The notes beneath the pieces were generated by a model, which saw nothing but the letters and a program-made list of their open reading frames with translations, had not been told where the DNA came from and made no database searches. The position numbers and the translations under genes are program-made. Positions 47,994-63,377 of a DNA stretch of 64,000 nt are shown here, in pieces; the stretch's first letter is position 1; each line of letters starts with the position of its first letter. This DNA is from the human T2T-CHM13v2.0 reference genome, Homo sapiens, in assembly GCF_009914755.1 (NCBI RefSeq), contig NC_060947.1. One strand, written 5' to 3'.

Positions 47994-50185
47994 GGGTGCC
48001 TGGGGCAAGTGCCAGCTCATGCCATCACCCTCACTGAGCTCCAGGTATGTTTAACCATTGAGGGCCAGGAAATTGACTTCCTCCTGGACACTGGCATGGC
48101 TTTCTCAGTGTTAATCTCCTGTCCCAGACAGCTGTCCTCAAGGTCCATTATGATCTGAGGAATCCTGGGACAGCCTGTAACCAGGTATTTCTCCCACCTC
48201 CTTAGTTGTAATTGGGAAACTTTGCTCTTTTCAAATACCTTCCTTGTTACGCCTGAAAGTCCCACACCCTTATTAGAGAGGGACATATTAGCCAAACTGG
48301 AGCTATTATCTATATGAATATGGGGAACAAGTTACCCATTTGTTTTTCCCTACTTGAGGAGGGAATCAACCCTGAAGTCTGGGCACTGGAAGGACAATTT
48401 GGAAGGGCAAAAAAAGCCTGCCCAGTCCAAATCAAGCTAAAAGACCCCACCACTTTTCCTTATCAAAGGTAATATCCCTTAATGCCTGAAGCTCATAAAG
48501 GATTACAGGATATTGTTAGACATTTAAAAGCTCAAGGCTTAGTAAGAAAATGCAGCAGTCCCTGCAACACCCCAATTCTAGGAGTACAAAAACCAAATGG
48601 TCAGTGGAGACTAGTGCAAGATCTTAGACTCATCAACGAGGTAGTAATTCCTTTATATCCAGTTGTACCCAACCCCTATACCCTGCTCTCTCAAATACTA
48701 GAAGAAGCAAAATGGCTCACTGTTCTGGACCTCAAGGATGCCTTCTTCTGTATTCCCCTGCACTCTGACTCCCAGTTTCTCTTTGCCTTCAAGAATCCCA
48801 CAGACCACATGTCCTAACTTAATGGACAATCTTGCCCCAAGGGTTCAAGGATAGCCCTCATCTGTTTGGTCAGGCACTGGCCCAAGATCTAGGCCACTTC
48901 TCAAATCCAGGCACTCTAGTCCTTCAGTATATGAAGTTACTTTTGGCTACCAGTGCAGAAGCCTCATGCCAGCAGGCTACTCTAGATCTCTTAAACTTTC
49001 TAGCTAATCAAGGGTACAAGGCATCTAAATCAAAGGCCCAGCTCTGCCTACAACAAGTCAAATATCTAGGCCTAATCTTAGCCAGAGGAACCAGGGCCCT
49101 CAGCAAGGAGCGAATACAGCCTATACTGGCTTATCCTCGCCCTAAGACATTAAAACAGTTGCAGGGGTTCCTTGGAATCAACAGCTTTTGCCAACTATGG
49201 ATCCCCAGATACAGCGAGATAGCCAGGCCCCTCTATACTCTAATCAAGGGGACCCAGAGGGCAAATACTCATCTAGTGGAATGGGAAACAGAGGCAGAAA
49301 CAGCCTCCAAAACTTTAAAGCAGGCCCCAGTATAAGCTCCAGCCTTAAGCCTTCCCACAGGACAAAACTTCTCTTTATACCTCGCAGAGAGAGCAGGAAT
49401 AGCTCTTGGAGTCCTTACTCAGACTCGTGGGACAACCCCACAACCAGTGGCATACCTAAGTAAGGAAATTGACACAGTAGAAAAAGGCTGGCTTCACTGT
49501 TTATGGGTAGTTGCGGCAGTGGCCATCTTAGTTTCAGAGGCTATCAAAATAATACAAGGAAAGGATCTCACTGTCTGGACTACTCATGATGTAAATGGCA
49601 TACTAGGTGCCAAAGGAAGTTTATGGCTATCAGGCAACTGCCTGCTTAGATACCAGGTGCTACTCCTTGAGCGACCAGTGCTTCAAATATGCATGTGTGC
49701 GTCCCTCAACCCTGCCACTTTTCTCCCAGAGGATGGGGAACCAATCGAGCATGACTGCCAACACATTATAGTCCAGACTTATGCCGCCTGAGAGGATCTC
49801 TTAGAAGTCCCCTTAGCTAACCCTGACCTTAACCTATATACCGATGGAAGTTCATTTGTGGAGAATAGTATATGACGGGCAGGTTATGCCATAGTTAGTG
49901 ATGCAACAGTACTTGAAAGTAAGCCTCTTACCCCAGAGACCAGCGCCCAGTTAGCAGAACTAGTGGCACTGACCTGAGCCTTAGAACTGGGAAAGGGAAA
50001 AAGAATAAATGTGTATACAGATAGCAAGTATGCTTATCTAATCCTAAATCCCCATGCTGCAATATGGAAAGAAAGGGAGTTCCTTACCTCTGGGGGAACC
50101 CCCATTAAATACCATAAGGAAATCATAGAGTTATTGCACGCAGTGCAAAAACCCAAGGAGGTGGCAGTCTTACACTGCCAAAGCC
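47994..50185 (+). pseudogene. pol: HERV9 pro-pol remnant (protease, RT, RNase H; integrase replaced by a GA-rich tract)
   Basis: FLLDTG; WRLVQDLR; LDLKDAFF; LPQGFKDSP; YxDD degraded to YMK at ~48928; YTDSKYA. Confidence 0.9.
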
Positions 50186-51062
50186 AAAGCCAAAGGGGAA
50201 GGAGAAGGGAGAACAGCAGCATAAGTGGCTGGCAGAGGCAGGGAAAGACCAGCAGAAAGTCAAAGAAAAGAGAGAGAGGGGAAAGACAGAAAGTGAAAGA
50301 GAGAAGGAAAGAGAGAGGAAGAGACAGAGAGACAAAGAGGGAGTCAGAGAGAAAGAGACAAAGTCAAAGAGAAAGAAAGAGAGAGACAGAAAGTCAAAGA
50401 AAGAGAGAGAGAAGTAGTAAAGAAAAAAGTGTACCCTATTCCTTTAAAAGCCAGGGTAAATTTAAAACCTATAATTGATAATTGAAGGTCTTCTCTGTGA
50501 CCTAGAACACGCCAATGCCACCTTATTGTTAGTGTAAACAAGGGGGTAGCCCGAAAGCACTGAGGCCACTGACAACCCATAGCCTTCCTATCAAAAATCC
50601 TTAACCCAGCAGGATTCCTAACAGGGGATCTAAATCTTAATTAATTACCATACAAAGGTCCAACCAGACCTAGGAGGAACTCCCTTCAGGACAGGATGAT
50701 AGATGGTTCCTCCCAGGAGATTAAGGGAAAAAGACACAATGGGTATTCAGTAAGTGACAAGGAAACTCTTGTAGAAGCAGAGTTAGGAAAATTGCCTAAT
50801 AATTGGTCTGCTCAAACGTGAGAGCTGTTTGCACTCACCCAAACCTTAAAGTACTTACAGAATCAGGAAAGAGCCATCTATACCATTTTTAAGTTAATAT
50901 GGACTGAACTAGGTCTTATTAATAGCAAAGAATAATTGAAATCCCAAACTTACAAGATTTTCAATAAAAGTAAAGTTTGCTAAAAGTTAACAGTGTAATA
51001 TGTATTATCCTAACTTCTAATCTTGTGGAAATCAGACCCTATCAGTGCCCCTCAAAGCTCAA

Positions 51063-51586
51063 GCTGCAAGAAATAACAAAATCTATCCTTAGTCTACAAT
51101 TCCAAATAGACTCTTTGGCAGCAGTGACTGTCCAAAACCGCCAAGGCCTAGACCTCCTCACTACTGAGAAAGGAGAACTCTGCACCTTCTTAGAGAAAGA
51201 GTGTTGTTTTTACACTAACCAGTCAGGCATAGTAAGAGATGCTGCCCAGCGTTTACAGGAAAAGGCTTCTGAAATCAGACAATGCCATTCAAACTCTTAT
51301 ACCAACCTCTGGAGTTGGGCGACATGGCTTCTCCCCTTTCTAGGTCCTGTGACAGCCATCTTGCTATTACTTGCCTTGGGGCTCTTTTAACCTCCTTGTC
51401 AAATTTGTCTCCTCCAGGATCGATGCCATCGAGCTACAGATGGTCTTACAAATGGAACCCCAAATGAGCTCAACTAACAACTTCTACCAAGGACTCCGGG
51501 ACCGACCCACTGACCCTTTGGCTGGCCAAGAGAGTTCCCCTCTGGAGGACACTACCACTGCAGGGCCCCTTCTTCGCCCCTATCCA
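51063..51586 (+). pseudogene. env: HERV9 env TM remnant
   Basis: QIDSLAAV, immunosuppressive-domain-like QNRQGLDLLTTEKG, CX6CC (CTFLEKECC), TM WLLPFLGP, tail QMVLQMEPQM. Confidence 0.9.
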
Positions 51587-52926
<1,340 letters not shown>

Positions 52927-52943
52927 TGCTAAAAGCACCAGCG

Positions 52944-53249
52944 GGCCAGGGGCGGTGGCTCATGCCTGTAATTCCCAACACTTTGGGAGGCCGAGGCGGG
53001 TGGATCGCTAGGTCAGGAGATCGAGACCATCCTGGATAACACGGTGAAACCCCGTCTCTACTGAAAATACAAAAAAATTAGCCAGGCATGGTGGCATGCA
53101 CCTGTAGTCCCAGCTACTCAGGAGGCTGAGGCAGGAGAATCACTTGAACCCAGGAGGCGGAGGTTGCAGTGAGCCAAGATTGCACCACTGCACTTCAGCC
53201 TGGGCTACAGAGCAAGACTCTGTCTCAAAAAAAAAAAAAAAAAAAAAAA
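52944..53249 (+). mobile_element. Alu (AluSc8/Y-like) inserted in the 3' end of the retrocopy
   Basis: TSD AAAAGCACCAGC (52931-52942) / AAAACCACCAGC (53250-53261). Confidence 0.93.
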
Positions 53250-53423
53250 AAAACCACCAGCATACTCTGTGGATGGAGCCAGAAATCAAACCTTGTCTCT
53301 ATGACAGGGCCAGAAAGAAACATCTTGCCATTGACCAGAGAGCAGGGAGCAAAGCAAAATGCCTAGATGAATACCGAACGACCATTTACTGAATTATTAA
53401 AAGTTTATTACGTGATTCTATTC

Positions 53424-53464
53424 AATAAACATGTGCTAGGTGATTGAAAATTAAGAAAAAAAAA
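53424..53464 (+). terminator. Poly(A) signal and decayed A tail of the retrocopy
   Basis: AATAAA followed ~17 nt later by AAAATTAAGAAAAAAAAA. Confidence 0.75.
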
Positions 53465-54290
53465 TGGATTCCTAAGTCCACAGTAATACTCAAAACAAAA
53501 TAAGAAAAAGGAAAGTTCTTCATTGCAGAAACATGCCATCTAATCAACTTAGATGTAACAATACAATTGGAAAATCACCAATGTCCTTTGCAACCACTAA
53601 TACAATTATTGATTTAGGCAAGAATCATCAACAGATGCTAAAACCATTAGGTGAAGTGTAGTAGGAGGCCAAGATAGTAATATATTCTCATAGTATGAAG
53701 GCACAAGTTGCTTATTAATTACAATGAGAAAATTATCTCTAATAAAGAGAGCTAGAAAACACCATCTTAATCCAGTCTTCAAACTTAGCATAACAATAAT
53801 GAGACAAACTGGCATTACATGCTTTCTGATACACTATAATGAAAAGTACGCACATTATATTTGTAGGATTCTTATAAAATGATCTTTAACATGAATATAA
53901 TCACAAGGAAACATTTAGATAAATAAGAATGTGAGCTATTCTACAAGACAATTGACCTGGACTCTTTAACATATCCCCATGATGAAAGACTAAAAGAGAG
54001 ATGGGATTTTTTTAGATTAATGGAAGCTAAGGAGATATGATCATCAAATGCAATAAGTGATCCTCAATTGGATATTGGGGTAGAAACAAAGATTTGTAAA
54101 AGAGCATTTGAGGAAATTTGAATATGGACTCTGTGTTGACTACAATTGTATCATTGTTAAAATTCTTGGGTGTGATAGTACTCTGGGGTTATGTAGTAGG
54201 ATGTCCTTAATTTTAGGAGATACAGGATAAATTATTTATGATCTGTCATCATATCTACAATTTAATTTCAAGTGCTTCAGCAAAGATGAT
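53465..54290 (+). mobile_element. L1M(E) 3' UTR, right part
   Basis: TTTGCAACCACTAAT...GGCAAGAATCATCAACAGATGCTAAAACCATTAGGTGAA; GGAAATTTGAATATGGACT. Confidence 0.7.
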
Positions 54291-56584
54291 GCCACAGATA
54301 TAGGCATAGGTCCAGTAAATGTTTTTAAATGTTTTAAAATAGCCATCTTCTGATGAAAGTTTTTATTATTATGTTGTGGCACTCTCAGATTTTCTCAGCT
54401 GCTTGGTTACAAAATGCAGTCTTAAAATGGATCAGCCCTTTTCCATACCACAGGTAGATTATAAAGTTATAAAGTCTTATTTTATCTTTATATGTTAACA
54501 AAAATGTGGACCATGCCCATCATTCCATACTAATAAAAGAATAGAAAGGGTTTGGAGAAAGGAAAGGAAAGATAATATAAGCAGAGTTTTGGAAGCAAAA
54601 GCAATACTATCTGGAGAAAAAGAAAGGAAAGATTTTGCAGTTTTTCCTTGTGTTTTTATGTTACATGAAAGTAAGCATTTTTGTATGTATTATTCACTAG
54701 TCTGTTCTAACTGCCTAGAATAGTGCTGCTACAAAATAGATAATAAATGGATATTTGAAAGAATGTGAGGTTATACTAAGTGCCTTTATACAAACTATCT
54801 CATTTAAATTTTATGTAGAGAGACAGAAAGTCTAACACCCAGAATGTTTATACAGATGGAATAGAGAGTCAATTACTTGCTGGGATGTACTGAGGCAACA
54901 GCTTGAGTCTAGTTCTATTCATTCCCACAGCCCATGTATCAGATACACTGCCCTTCTAAACATCATTAGTTCTTTCCCTTCAATTTATAGGAAAGGAAGC
55001 ACAGAGGCAGGAATAGGTCTTTATTAAGGTAGTATAAATAGTTTATTGCAAAACAAAACTGATGCCCTATGTTCTTTACCCTAGTCTACATAGAACGTAA
55101 AATCGGCTAGTCTTTGCTAATAAGGAAAATTATATGTTATAGAGGAAACTGCTCTGGATGTAGTGTTAGATGTCCCTGTGTTCAAATCTTAGTTCTGTTC
55201 CTACTGCCACAGAGTTGTCAATAAATATTTGTTAAATGAATGGCTATTTTATACATATCTCATCAGCTCTTCTTTTATTTAGATGGACATACCGACTTGA
55301 TAGCTCTGTTGTGAGGAACAAGATTCATGACTGTCACATCACTTCTCTTTTCCAAAATGAATATTTATTTCAAAATCAAATCTATTAGTATTGGAGGAAT
55401 CATTGCTTGTCTACTCTTACTCTTGAAAATATCTGAATAAAGGCACTTTAGCAAGTTAATAACTACAGAATCTTCTTACTCTGAAGTAATATTCCTCTGG
55501 ATTTTCCACTTAAACCTTCTTTAAATTAATATCAGATGGCCCTTGTGGCATATATTGCAAATGATTGCTGGAATCTGGACATTTCTCTTCTGAGCCCCAT
55601 GTAAAAATTATTCTTCCCAACTTTTTAAAGACAAATATAACTATATGAGTAGCTCTGGTTAATGAGAGTGGGCCATGATGATGTTTGTCAGTATGAGACA
55701 CATGAGCTCAGCTCATCCCCTGCCTTGGTGATCACTAAAACACTTCAGAAGGATCTCTCTTTAACTTGGGCCCTTGAGTAACAACAATGAGAAAAGCTTT
55801 CCTGCTAATCTTTATTAGAAATTAAACAAATAAATCCATCTTGATTTATCCAGTATGGTTTTGGGGAATGGATATTTGAATACAGCTCCTAAACTTGCCT
55901 TTTAGCTGTCAACACCACAATTGGAGCAGGGCAATTTAGGTTGCCTGTATTAGTTTACAACTTTCCTTCTCCCTTTTGAGCCTCCCTATATCCTCTCTGC
56001 TGCTCAATTTCAGTTAAAGATTTTGTTTATCTCACTGAAAAATAAAAAAAAAGTCAGAAAACAATTTCACAGTGGCCCAGTACCACTAAATTGGTCATTC
56101 TTTTCTCCACATTTTGACTATGATTGAACTGTCTGTGGTACTTCTATCTAAGCCAATTTCTCTATTTGCACACTAGATTCCATCTCCTTTCTTATTCCAT
56201 GGTATTTTTCTGAAGATGTTTCCTTCTCTTATGCTTCATTGCTTTTCCCTTTTCTAATGGATCAACTTCCATCATCATACTATCCTCTGGTTACCTCTCC
56301 TATCTAAAATAAATCAAAATCCTGCCAGGAAGGGGAAAAATATTTTCCACCTTCCTCATCAGTCACTGAGTTTTTTCAATTTATATTTTGATCATAAAAC
56401 CTGTTAATATAATACCATGCCTGTCATATTTGCAAAATATGCACCTGAGCTATGATCACCACCTTTTTAAGTACAACAAAATTTCCCAAATGTAATCCAT
56501 TCTAAACAAGGTAAGAATAATCACACAATTATTAATATGTTCCATCCACACTAACTACATGAAATATTCATACTCAATAATAAT

Positions 56585-58900
56585 ATAATTGTGTTTAGAA
56601 TAATTTTAGATTTACAAAAATGTTGTAAGGACATCCAGAGAGTTCTCATGTACTCCATACTAAGTTTCATCTATTATTAACTTACATTAGTGTGATATAT
56701 TTGTTAGCATTAGTATTGATACACTGTTATTAACCAAAGTCCATACTTTATTCAGATTACCTTGGTTTTTAGCTGATGTTCTTTTTAGGTCCCAGGTTCC
56801 CATTCAAGCTATCATTACATTTAGTCATCATGTAGTCCTTAGGCTCCTCTACCCTGTGATAGTTTCTCAGACTTCCCATGCTTTTGCTGAACTTTGACAG
56901 TTTTGAGGAGTATTGATCAGGTATTTTGTAAAATTTCTCTCAATTTGGTTTTGTCTGATGTGTTTCTCCTAATTAGACTGGAGTTAGGGGTTTTGGGAGG
57001 AAGACCACAGAGGTAAAGTATCATTCTCATCATACTATGTCAAGAGTTCAAGGTATTATCATCATGCCTTATCACTGCTGATGTTAACCTTGATTACCGA
57101 GTTCAGGTAGTATTTGTCAGGTGTCTCCACTGTTCAGTAACTCTTTTTCCCCCTATCCACACTGTATTTTTGGAAGGAAGTCACTATGCACAGCCCATAC
57201 TTAAGAGGTTGGAAGTTACGTGCCATCTTATTATTATTTTAGAGACACAATCTCACTCTGTTGCCCAGGCTGGAGTGCAGTGGTACGATCATAGTGCTCT
57301 GTAACCTCAAACTGCTGGGCTCAGGTAATCCTCTTGTCTTGGCCTCCCAAAGAGCTGGAATTACAAGCGTGAGCCACCACGCCTCGCAATGCCACCTTCT
57401 TGAGAGGAGGAAAGCCTATAGAATTTATTTGGAACTTTTCTACACAGAAATTTTGTCTATTCTCTTCCATCTACTTATTCATTCAATCATTTATTTCGGT
57501 ATAGTGTCTTTGATACTACATTGTGTATTTTGTTGTTCAAATTGTTCTGGCTTTGGCCATTGGAAGCTCTTTCAGTAAGCTCCTGTATCACTTTGACATA
57601 ACCGTATTGTGGATGTTTTCTTAGCACTACCTTATTTTTTGGCACCATAAAATGTGCCAGGTTCATCTTGTATTTTCCCAGCCTCAATTCTATAATCAGC
57701 TATTTCTCTAAGTAGCCCTGGTTCCTTTTCTTGGGAATGAAATTGGAAACCAAGATCTGGGCCCTGGATGTGCTCATTGCTACATGGGTGTTATTATTTT
57801 CAGGCCCTTTTAGCTAACAGAGCAAGGAAATATATGCATATGTACTAACCTTTGTATATATATACATATCTATAAATATTTCTGTGTGTATTCATTTGTA
57901 TGTACAGTAATGAAACACAATTTATACTAATGTCTCAAACTTTAATCCAATACCACATTGATTATTCTAGCTTTTCCCTCTTGCTTATCTGTATCCTCTC
58001 CCTCCAATAGTGAAAAATCTCTGTCCCACCATCTGACACCCATGTCCTTAATTTTTCAATTCCACTATATATGTATGGTAATTTCAGAATTGGTAACCCA
58101 TACCCCAGGAGAAATAATTTTATTACTTGTGCTAGAGTACAGTTGCTTTTGTCTTTAGTCTTAAATTGTCTACCCATTTTCAAAGTTACTTGAGTCAGCA
58201 CCTTCCACTCCCAACCGCACTCCCTTCAATAAGGATATTTCATACATGCAGACTCTGTAACAGTATGCATTTCATCCTGGGATTTCCCTAATCATTTAAA
58301 TATTTTTAAAATTTACAAACATTAAGGCTCATTCTTTGTGCTGTAAAATTCTATGGAATTTGTCAAATGCACAGGGTCATGAACCCACCACCACAGTGTC
58401 ATACACAATAGCTTTACCACCCTAAAATATCCCTTATGTCTCACCTACTCAACATTCCTCCATTCCCACATTCTTGGTAGCAAGTGCTGATACGTTTGTC
58501 ATCTTTACCGCTTTTCCTTTTCAGGAATGTAATATAAATTGAATTATGGCATATGTAGTCTTTTCAACTCTTTTTTCCTACTTAGCAATATGCATTTAAG
58601 ATTCATATATGTCTTTGCTTATATTGGTAACTCATCCTTTTGTATCACTGAATAGTATTCCACCGTATGGTTGTAATACATTTTATTTATCTATTTTTTT
58701 TGACGGACTTCTATGCTGCTTCAAATTTTTGGTGATTACAAATAAAGCTGCTATAAACATTCATGTACAGGTGTTCATGTGGACATTAGTTTTCAAATCA
58801 GTTAGGTAGATACCTAGAAGTCTGACTGCTAGGTCATTTTGTAAGACTATTTTTTGCTTTGTAAGAAATTGCTAAATTGCATTTCGAAAGAGGCTATATC
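56585..58900 (-). mobile_element. L1MC/MD-type fragment with an Alu monomer at ~57230-57385
   Basis: AATTTTAGATTTACA.., GAAACCAAGATCTGGG, AATAAAGCTGCTATAAACATTCATGTACAGG. Confidence 0.75.
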
Positions 58901-59409
58901 CACATTACATTTTATTAAAAAGAAAAAAACTATTTTGGATGTTTAGTCTTCGCAGGTGGATTTCATAATAATGGAAATGGATTCATTAATAACAGTGAAT
59001 TGAATAAGACATATCTCAAGCTTGCCCCATGGGACATTTATCACAGAACGGTGCTAACATACTCAGCCTTAATGCGTCCACCCAGCCATCAGCTTTTGAT
59101 ATTGAGGCAATTTGGCTCACAGCCAGATGGTGTGAAATAGCTTTGTGCATTAGTACAGAAAAAATTTCTAGAGCCCCAGTGCTCATAATTTGCCAGATTC
59201 TGTGGAGATAGAGCAGTGTATTGTTAGGGAGAGCTTTGAACTTCCCCATTCTGCATCTCAGCAGTGAAAAAGAAGACAGCAGTGTTTTTTGTTTGTTTTT
59301 AATAGAATCTGCTCTGTCCACACTCAGCTCACTAAGGGAAAAAATGAAAATTAAGTATTTCACAGGTGTGAATCTGAAATATAAGGAACATTAAGCCTGT
59401 CAAAGCTTG

Positions 59410-59760
59410 GACTATAATAATCCAAAGCATAGCACCTTAGCATGCTGAGTACTTTGAGCTGAAAGAAATTGGGCAGGCCCCAGAAGGAGGAAGTTGTCGC
59501 TGACTTCCCCTTCTCCCTTCCTACTTTCTCCCCCTGAAGTGGGTTATAAAACTAGTATTTCCCTTTCCAAAAGCAAGCCATAAAACATAAGAAGGTCACT
59601 TTCTGACCTCCTCTTTCCCCTTAAAGATGCTCAGGTGACAGATGTATCGACAGCTGACCTGTGTCCATACATGGGGAGATGAAATGTCATACAGAGACAC
59701 AGGAAAGAATCTGAACAAACAGGCCTGGATGACGTTTCCCCCAGTTTTATTTTCAGGCTT
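59410..59760 (+). mobile_element. ERV1 LTR fragment (MER34/MER39-like)
   Basis: CCAAAGCATAGCACCTTAGCATGCTGAG...; AAGAATCTGAACAAACAGGCC. Confidence 0.5.
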
Positions 59761-59821
59761 GGCCAGGAACCCTAGGAAAGTTGAGGATTCGGACCTCTAC
59801 TCTAATTATAAAATCTCAAGT

Positions 59822-60407
59822 TGATATAGGAGTTAATAAGAAATTATTTAGGCAGTTAGTAAAGGTAAAAGAGTTATTGGTGGAATTTCCTTTTAATAAA
59901 AAGCAGCCCCCAAATCATTTCTTTTCTAACAAAAAGCAGCCTGAAAAATCAAGCTGCAAGCCTAGATAAGCAAGCTGGAAGCTTGCATAGATGAATGCCA
60001 GCAGCTGTGCCAATAGAAAAAGGATACCTGGAAGTCAGGTATATTTAACATGGAGGTTTTCTCTTCCCTTTTCTTTGTCACCATGTGTGCAGGTGTCATG
60101 GCGCCGGTGAGGTAGAGGCCCCATCTGCATAATAAAGGATTAGGGTAGGATGGCCAGCCGCCTCGCATGCTGTGTAAATGGTACACCTATTCCAACCAAT
60201 CCACTATGCCCTATATAAATTAGACACCACCTCGCCCAAACCCAGAAGCCCACTCTGGCCCCCTTCCTCTGCACAAGGAAGATCTCTTCTTTCTTTCACC
60301 TATTAAACTTCTGCTCTTAAACCTACTTGTGTGTGTCCACGTCTTTGATTTCCTTAGCACGAGACAACAAACCTTGGGTATTTTCCCAAAGAAACAATGC
60401 TGCTTCA
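59822..60407 (+). mobile_element. Solo ERV1 LTR (LTR9-like)
   Basis: TG...CA bounded; TGATATAGGAGTTAATAAGAAATTATTTAGGCAG start; TATA box and ATTAAA. Confidence 0.75.
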
Positions 60408-60499
60408 AAATCACTTAGAAAGAAAAGTTAGATTCATGTCTTCATTGCCCCTTTTCCTGCCGTTTGCCCATAATTTGTATCCTTATGGATTAAAGCTGC

Positions 60500-60686
60500 A
60501 CTACTGAAACTTTAGCCAGCATCACAATCACCTAGAAGGCCTATTAAAGCACAGACTGCTAAGATCCCACCTTGAACTTTCTCATTCAGTAAGTCCAAGG
60601 TGGAGTCTGAGAATTTTCTTTTCTAACATGTTCCCAGGTCATGCTGATGCGGCTGGTCTAGGGTCCACATATTGAACAACACTAGA
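60500..60686. mobile_element. MER5A-type DNA transposon
   Basis: AATCACCTAGAAGG...TTCTAACATGTTCCCAGGTCATGCTGATGC. Confidence 0.7.
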
Positions 60687-61689
60687 TTAAGGTACTGCAT
60701 TCCTATGATTTAAAAGCCTTTCGAGAGTTTAATTAAATGACTTGTATTTATGTAGTTTGAAATGTCACATTTTAAAATTTATAAATGAAATGCAATTTTA
60801 CATAAGCAAACCCAGTAGCCATTTTTTTAGTAGACAAGTAACAAAGAAAGTATCTGAATGCCCTGGATTTAAATTACATGAAGGTAGGTAAACATATGAA
60901 AAATACATAAATTATCTCATCATTAATTTCTCACACAACCAACATTGTAGAAACAATCCTGAGTTATCTGACTGTGTTTATTAGAGTGAATTAGCTACTA
61001 GTTGCAGCTACACTATTTACTATAATTTCTGATGATCTTCCAGTTTATGAGAACAATGCCACAGCACAGGTATTAGATTAAATTAGAGAAACAGGAAGTT
61101 GATTGTAAATGTCTACCCTTCTTCTTTCTAAGTTCCTCTCTCCTGGCATTAATAGGCATCTCCATCCTGTGCATTCCCCCCAGAGTTGTGGTCTCTTCTT
61201 TGTACCTGTACAAACATATGAACTCAGATTTTTTTCATATTATCTTTTGTAAATTCAATGTTATTCTTCCTTTCTGTGAATGCATACTTGTTTTCTTTCT
61301 TCAGCCCCTTTCTAAGATTTCTACTTCATCCATTGTGTAGGAAGCCAGATATTTCTTCTTTCCTTGAAATTTTATCTTAACTATTTTCTCTTTTTTGTAT
61401 ATATTTAAAGTGCACAACATCATGTTTTAACATTCTGATTATTTTTCTCAAGGCTAAACATGTATTTTACAAAACTGAGATCACACTATTTAAATATTTT
61501 TGACTAGATTTTTAAAAATTTCACTGACATTTCTCGAAAATCTTTACACATGAGTAAAATTTTATAGATTTTATTTTATTGGATGCATATAATTTTATGT
61601 TCTTTATAGAAAAGTTAAACATGTTCAAATAAGTAATTTTATCAGTTCACAATTATGCAATATAAAAAATTAAAGTTATCAGAGAGTGT

Positions 61690-63375
61690 CATAAGCAAGG
61701 TGGCTGAATAGAAGATTCCAGCCTTTATACCCCACAGAAACATCAATTTTTGACAACAATCCACAGATGGGAATACCTGTGTGGGAACCTGGAGTCTAGT
61801 GGAGAGAAGATTCCAGGACCCCATTAAAGCAAAAAGTCTGGGAAAGGGTTCATTGAAGAGGATAAGAAGAACAGTTTCTCTTTACCTACATCACCCCTCC
61901 CCAAGGTGGCCCTGCACAGTGCCAAGAGAGGTCCCTTTGTCCTATGATTTCTCTGACAAGTGGGCAAAATAAAAGACAGGAGAGTACCTAGCTTCCTCAG
62001 CACTGTAGGATATTGCTCAAGAAACCCATTTCTGCCTTGCCCTACCTGGATCACTGAGGAACTGGGAACAACTAAAAAGTATGGGGGAGGTAGGAGCATG
62101 GGAAAGGGGTGGAAGCTCATAGCAACCACACCACAGTTCTTGAACAGCCAAAGATCCTACTAACTGGCTGGCCCTTCACCAAGAGGCCCATCCATAAACT
62201 CAATGGGATGCCTCACCTATTATCTCCCTCCCACTTGGCTGATACCCTTTTCCCAGCACTCCACACACACACCTTTCAACCAAGAATATTTTAATGGCAA
62301 ACTGTCCTTCAGAAATGAAGGAGACATGAAGATTTTCCCAAGCAAACAAAAGCTGAGCAAATTCATCACAATTAGATTTGCCCTACAAAAATGCAGAAGG
62401 AGATCTTGAAGTTGAAACAAAAGAACACTAAATAGTAGCATGGAAATATATGAAAATATAAAACTTACTGGTAAAGGTAAGAAAGTATAAATATTCAAAT
62501 TCAGAATGCTCTAATAGTATAATGGTGGTACATAAATCACTTTAACATTAGTATAAAAGTCAAAAGAAAACAGTGTAAAAATATCTATAGATACAAAAAT
62601 TTGTTAATGGATACTGATATAGTTTGGATCTGTGTTCCCACCCAAACCTCATTCTGAATTGTAATCCCTAATGTTGGAGGTAGGGCCTGGTGGGAGGTGA
62701 TTGGATCACGGGAGCAGATTTGCAAGAATGGTTTAGCACCATCCCTTTGGTGCTATTCTCATGATAGTGAGTGAGTTATTGTGATATCTGGTTGTTTAAA
62801 AGTATGTAGCAACTCCCCAATCTCTTTCTCTTGCTGCTTCAGCCATGTGACCTGCCTGCTCCCTCTTTGCTTTCCACCATGATTGTAAGTTTACTGAGGC
62901 CTCCTCAGAAGTGAGCAAATGCCAGCATCATGCTTCCTGTACAGCCTGTGGAACTGTGAACTAATTAAACCTCTTTTATTTATAGATTACCCAGTCTCAG
63001 GTATTTCTCTATAGCAATTAGCAAACAGCGTAATACAGATACACATTATAAAAAGATGTAAATAATAACATCAATAAAGTATGTGTATGGGAAAGTAAAA
63101 GTATAGAGATTTTGTGCATAATTGAAGTTGAGTTGTAACTAACTTATTATAGATTGTTATAAGGTGTTTTATGTAAGCTTCATGGTAATCACAAAGAAAA
63201 AATCTGTTAATAGATATACAAAAGGAAAAGAGAAAGGAATCAAAACATAACATTACCAAAAACAAAGAAATCAAATCACAAAGGAAGACATCAAGAGAGG
63301 AAGAAACTGCAAAACAGTCAGAAAATGATTAAAATGACAATAGTGCTTACCTATCAATAATTACTACAAATGTAA
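61690..63375 (+). mobile_element. Old L1M 5' UTR/ORF1/inter-ORF remnant
   Basis: KLSFRNEGDMKIFPSKQKLSKFIT (ORF1 C-terminus); TACCTATCAATAATTAC (ORF2 start). Confidence 0.7.
62615..63037 (+). mobile_element. MST (MaLR) solo LTR
   Basis: TGATATAGTTTGGAT...TAATACA with 5-bp TSD GATAC. Confidence 0.9.
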
Positions 63376-63377
63376 AT

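Larger units (their letters stand above)
45193..51586 (+). mobile_element. HERV9 internal region (defective gag-pro-pol-env), no 3' LTR
   Basis: Gag, protease, RT, RNase H and env TM peptides in order. Confidence 0.93.

Noticed and set aside
50230-50425. Arg/Glu-rich ORF tail
   Set aside because: GA-rich low-complexity tract inside the defective HERV9 pol
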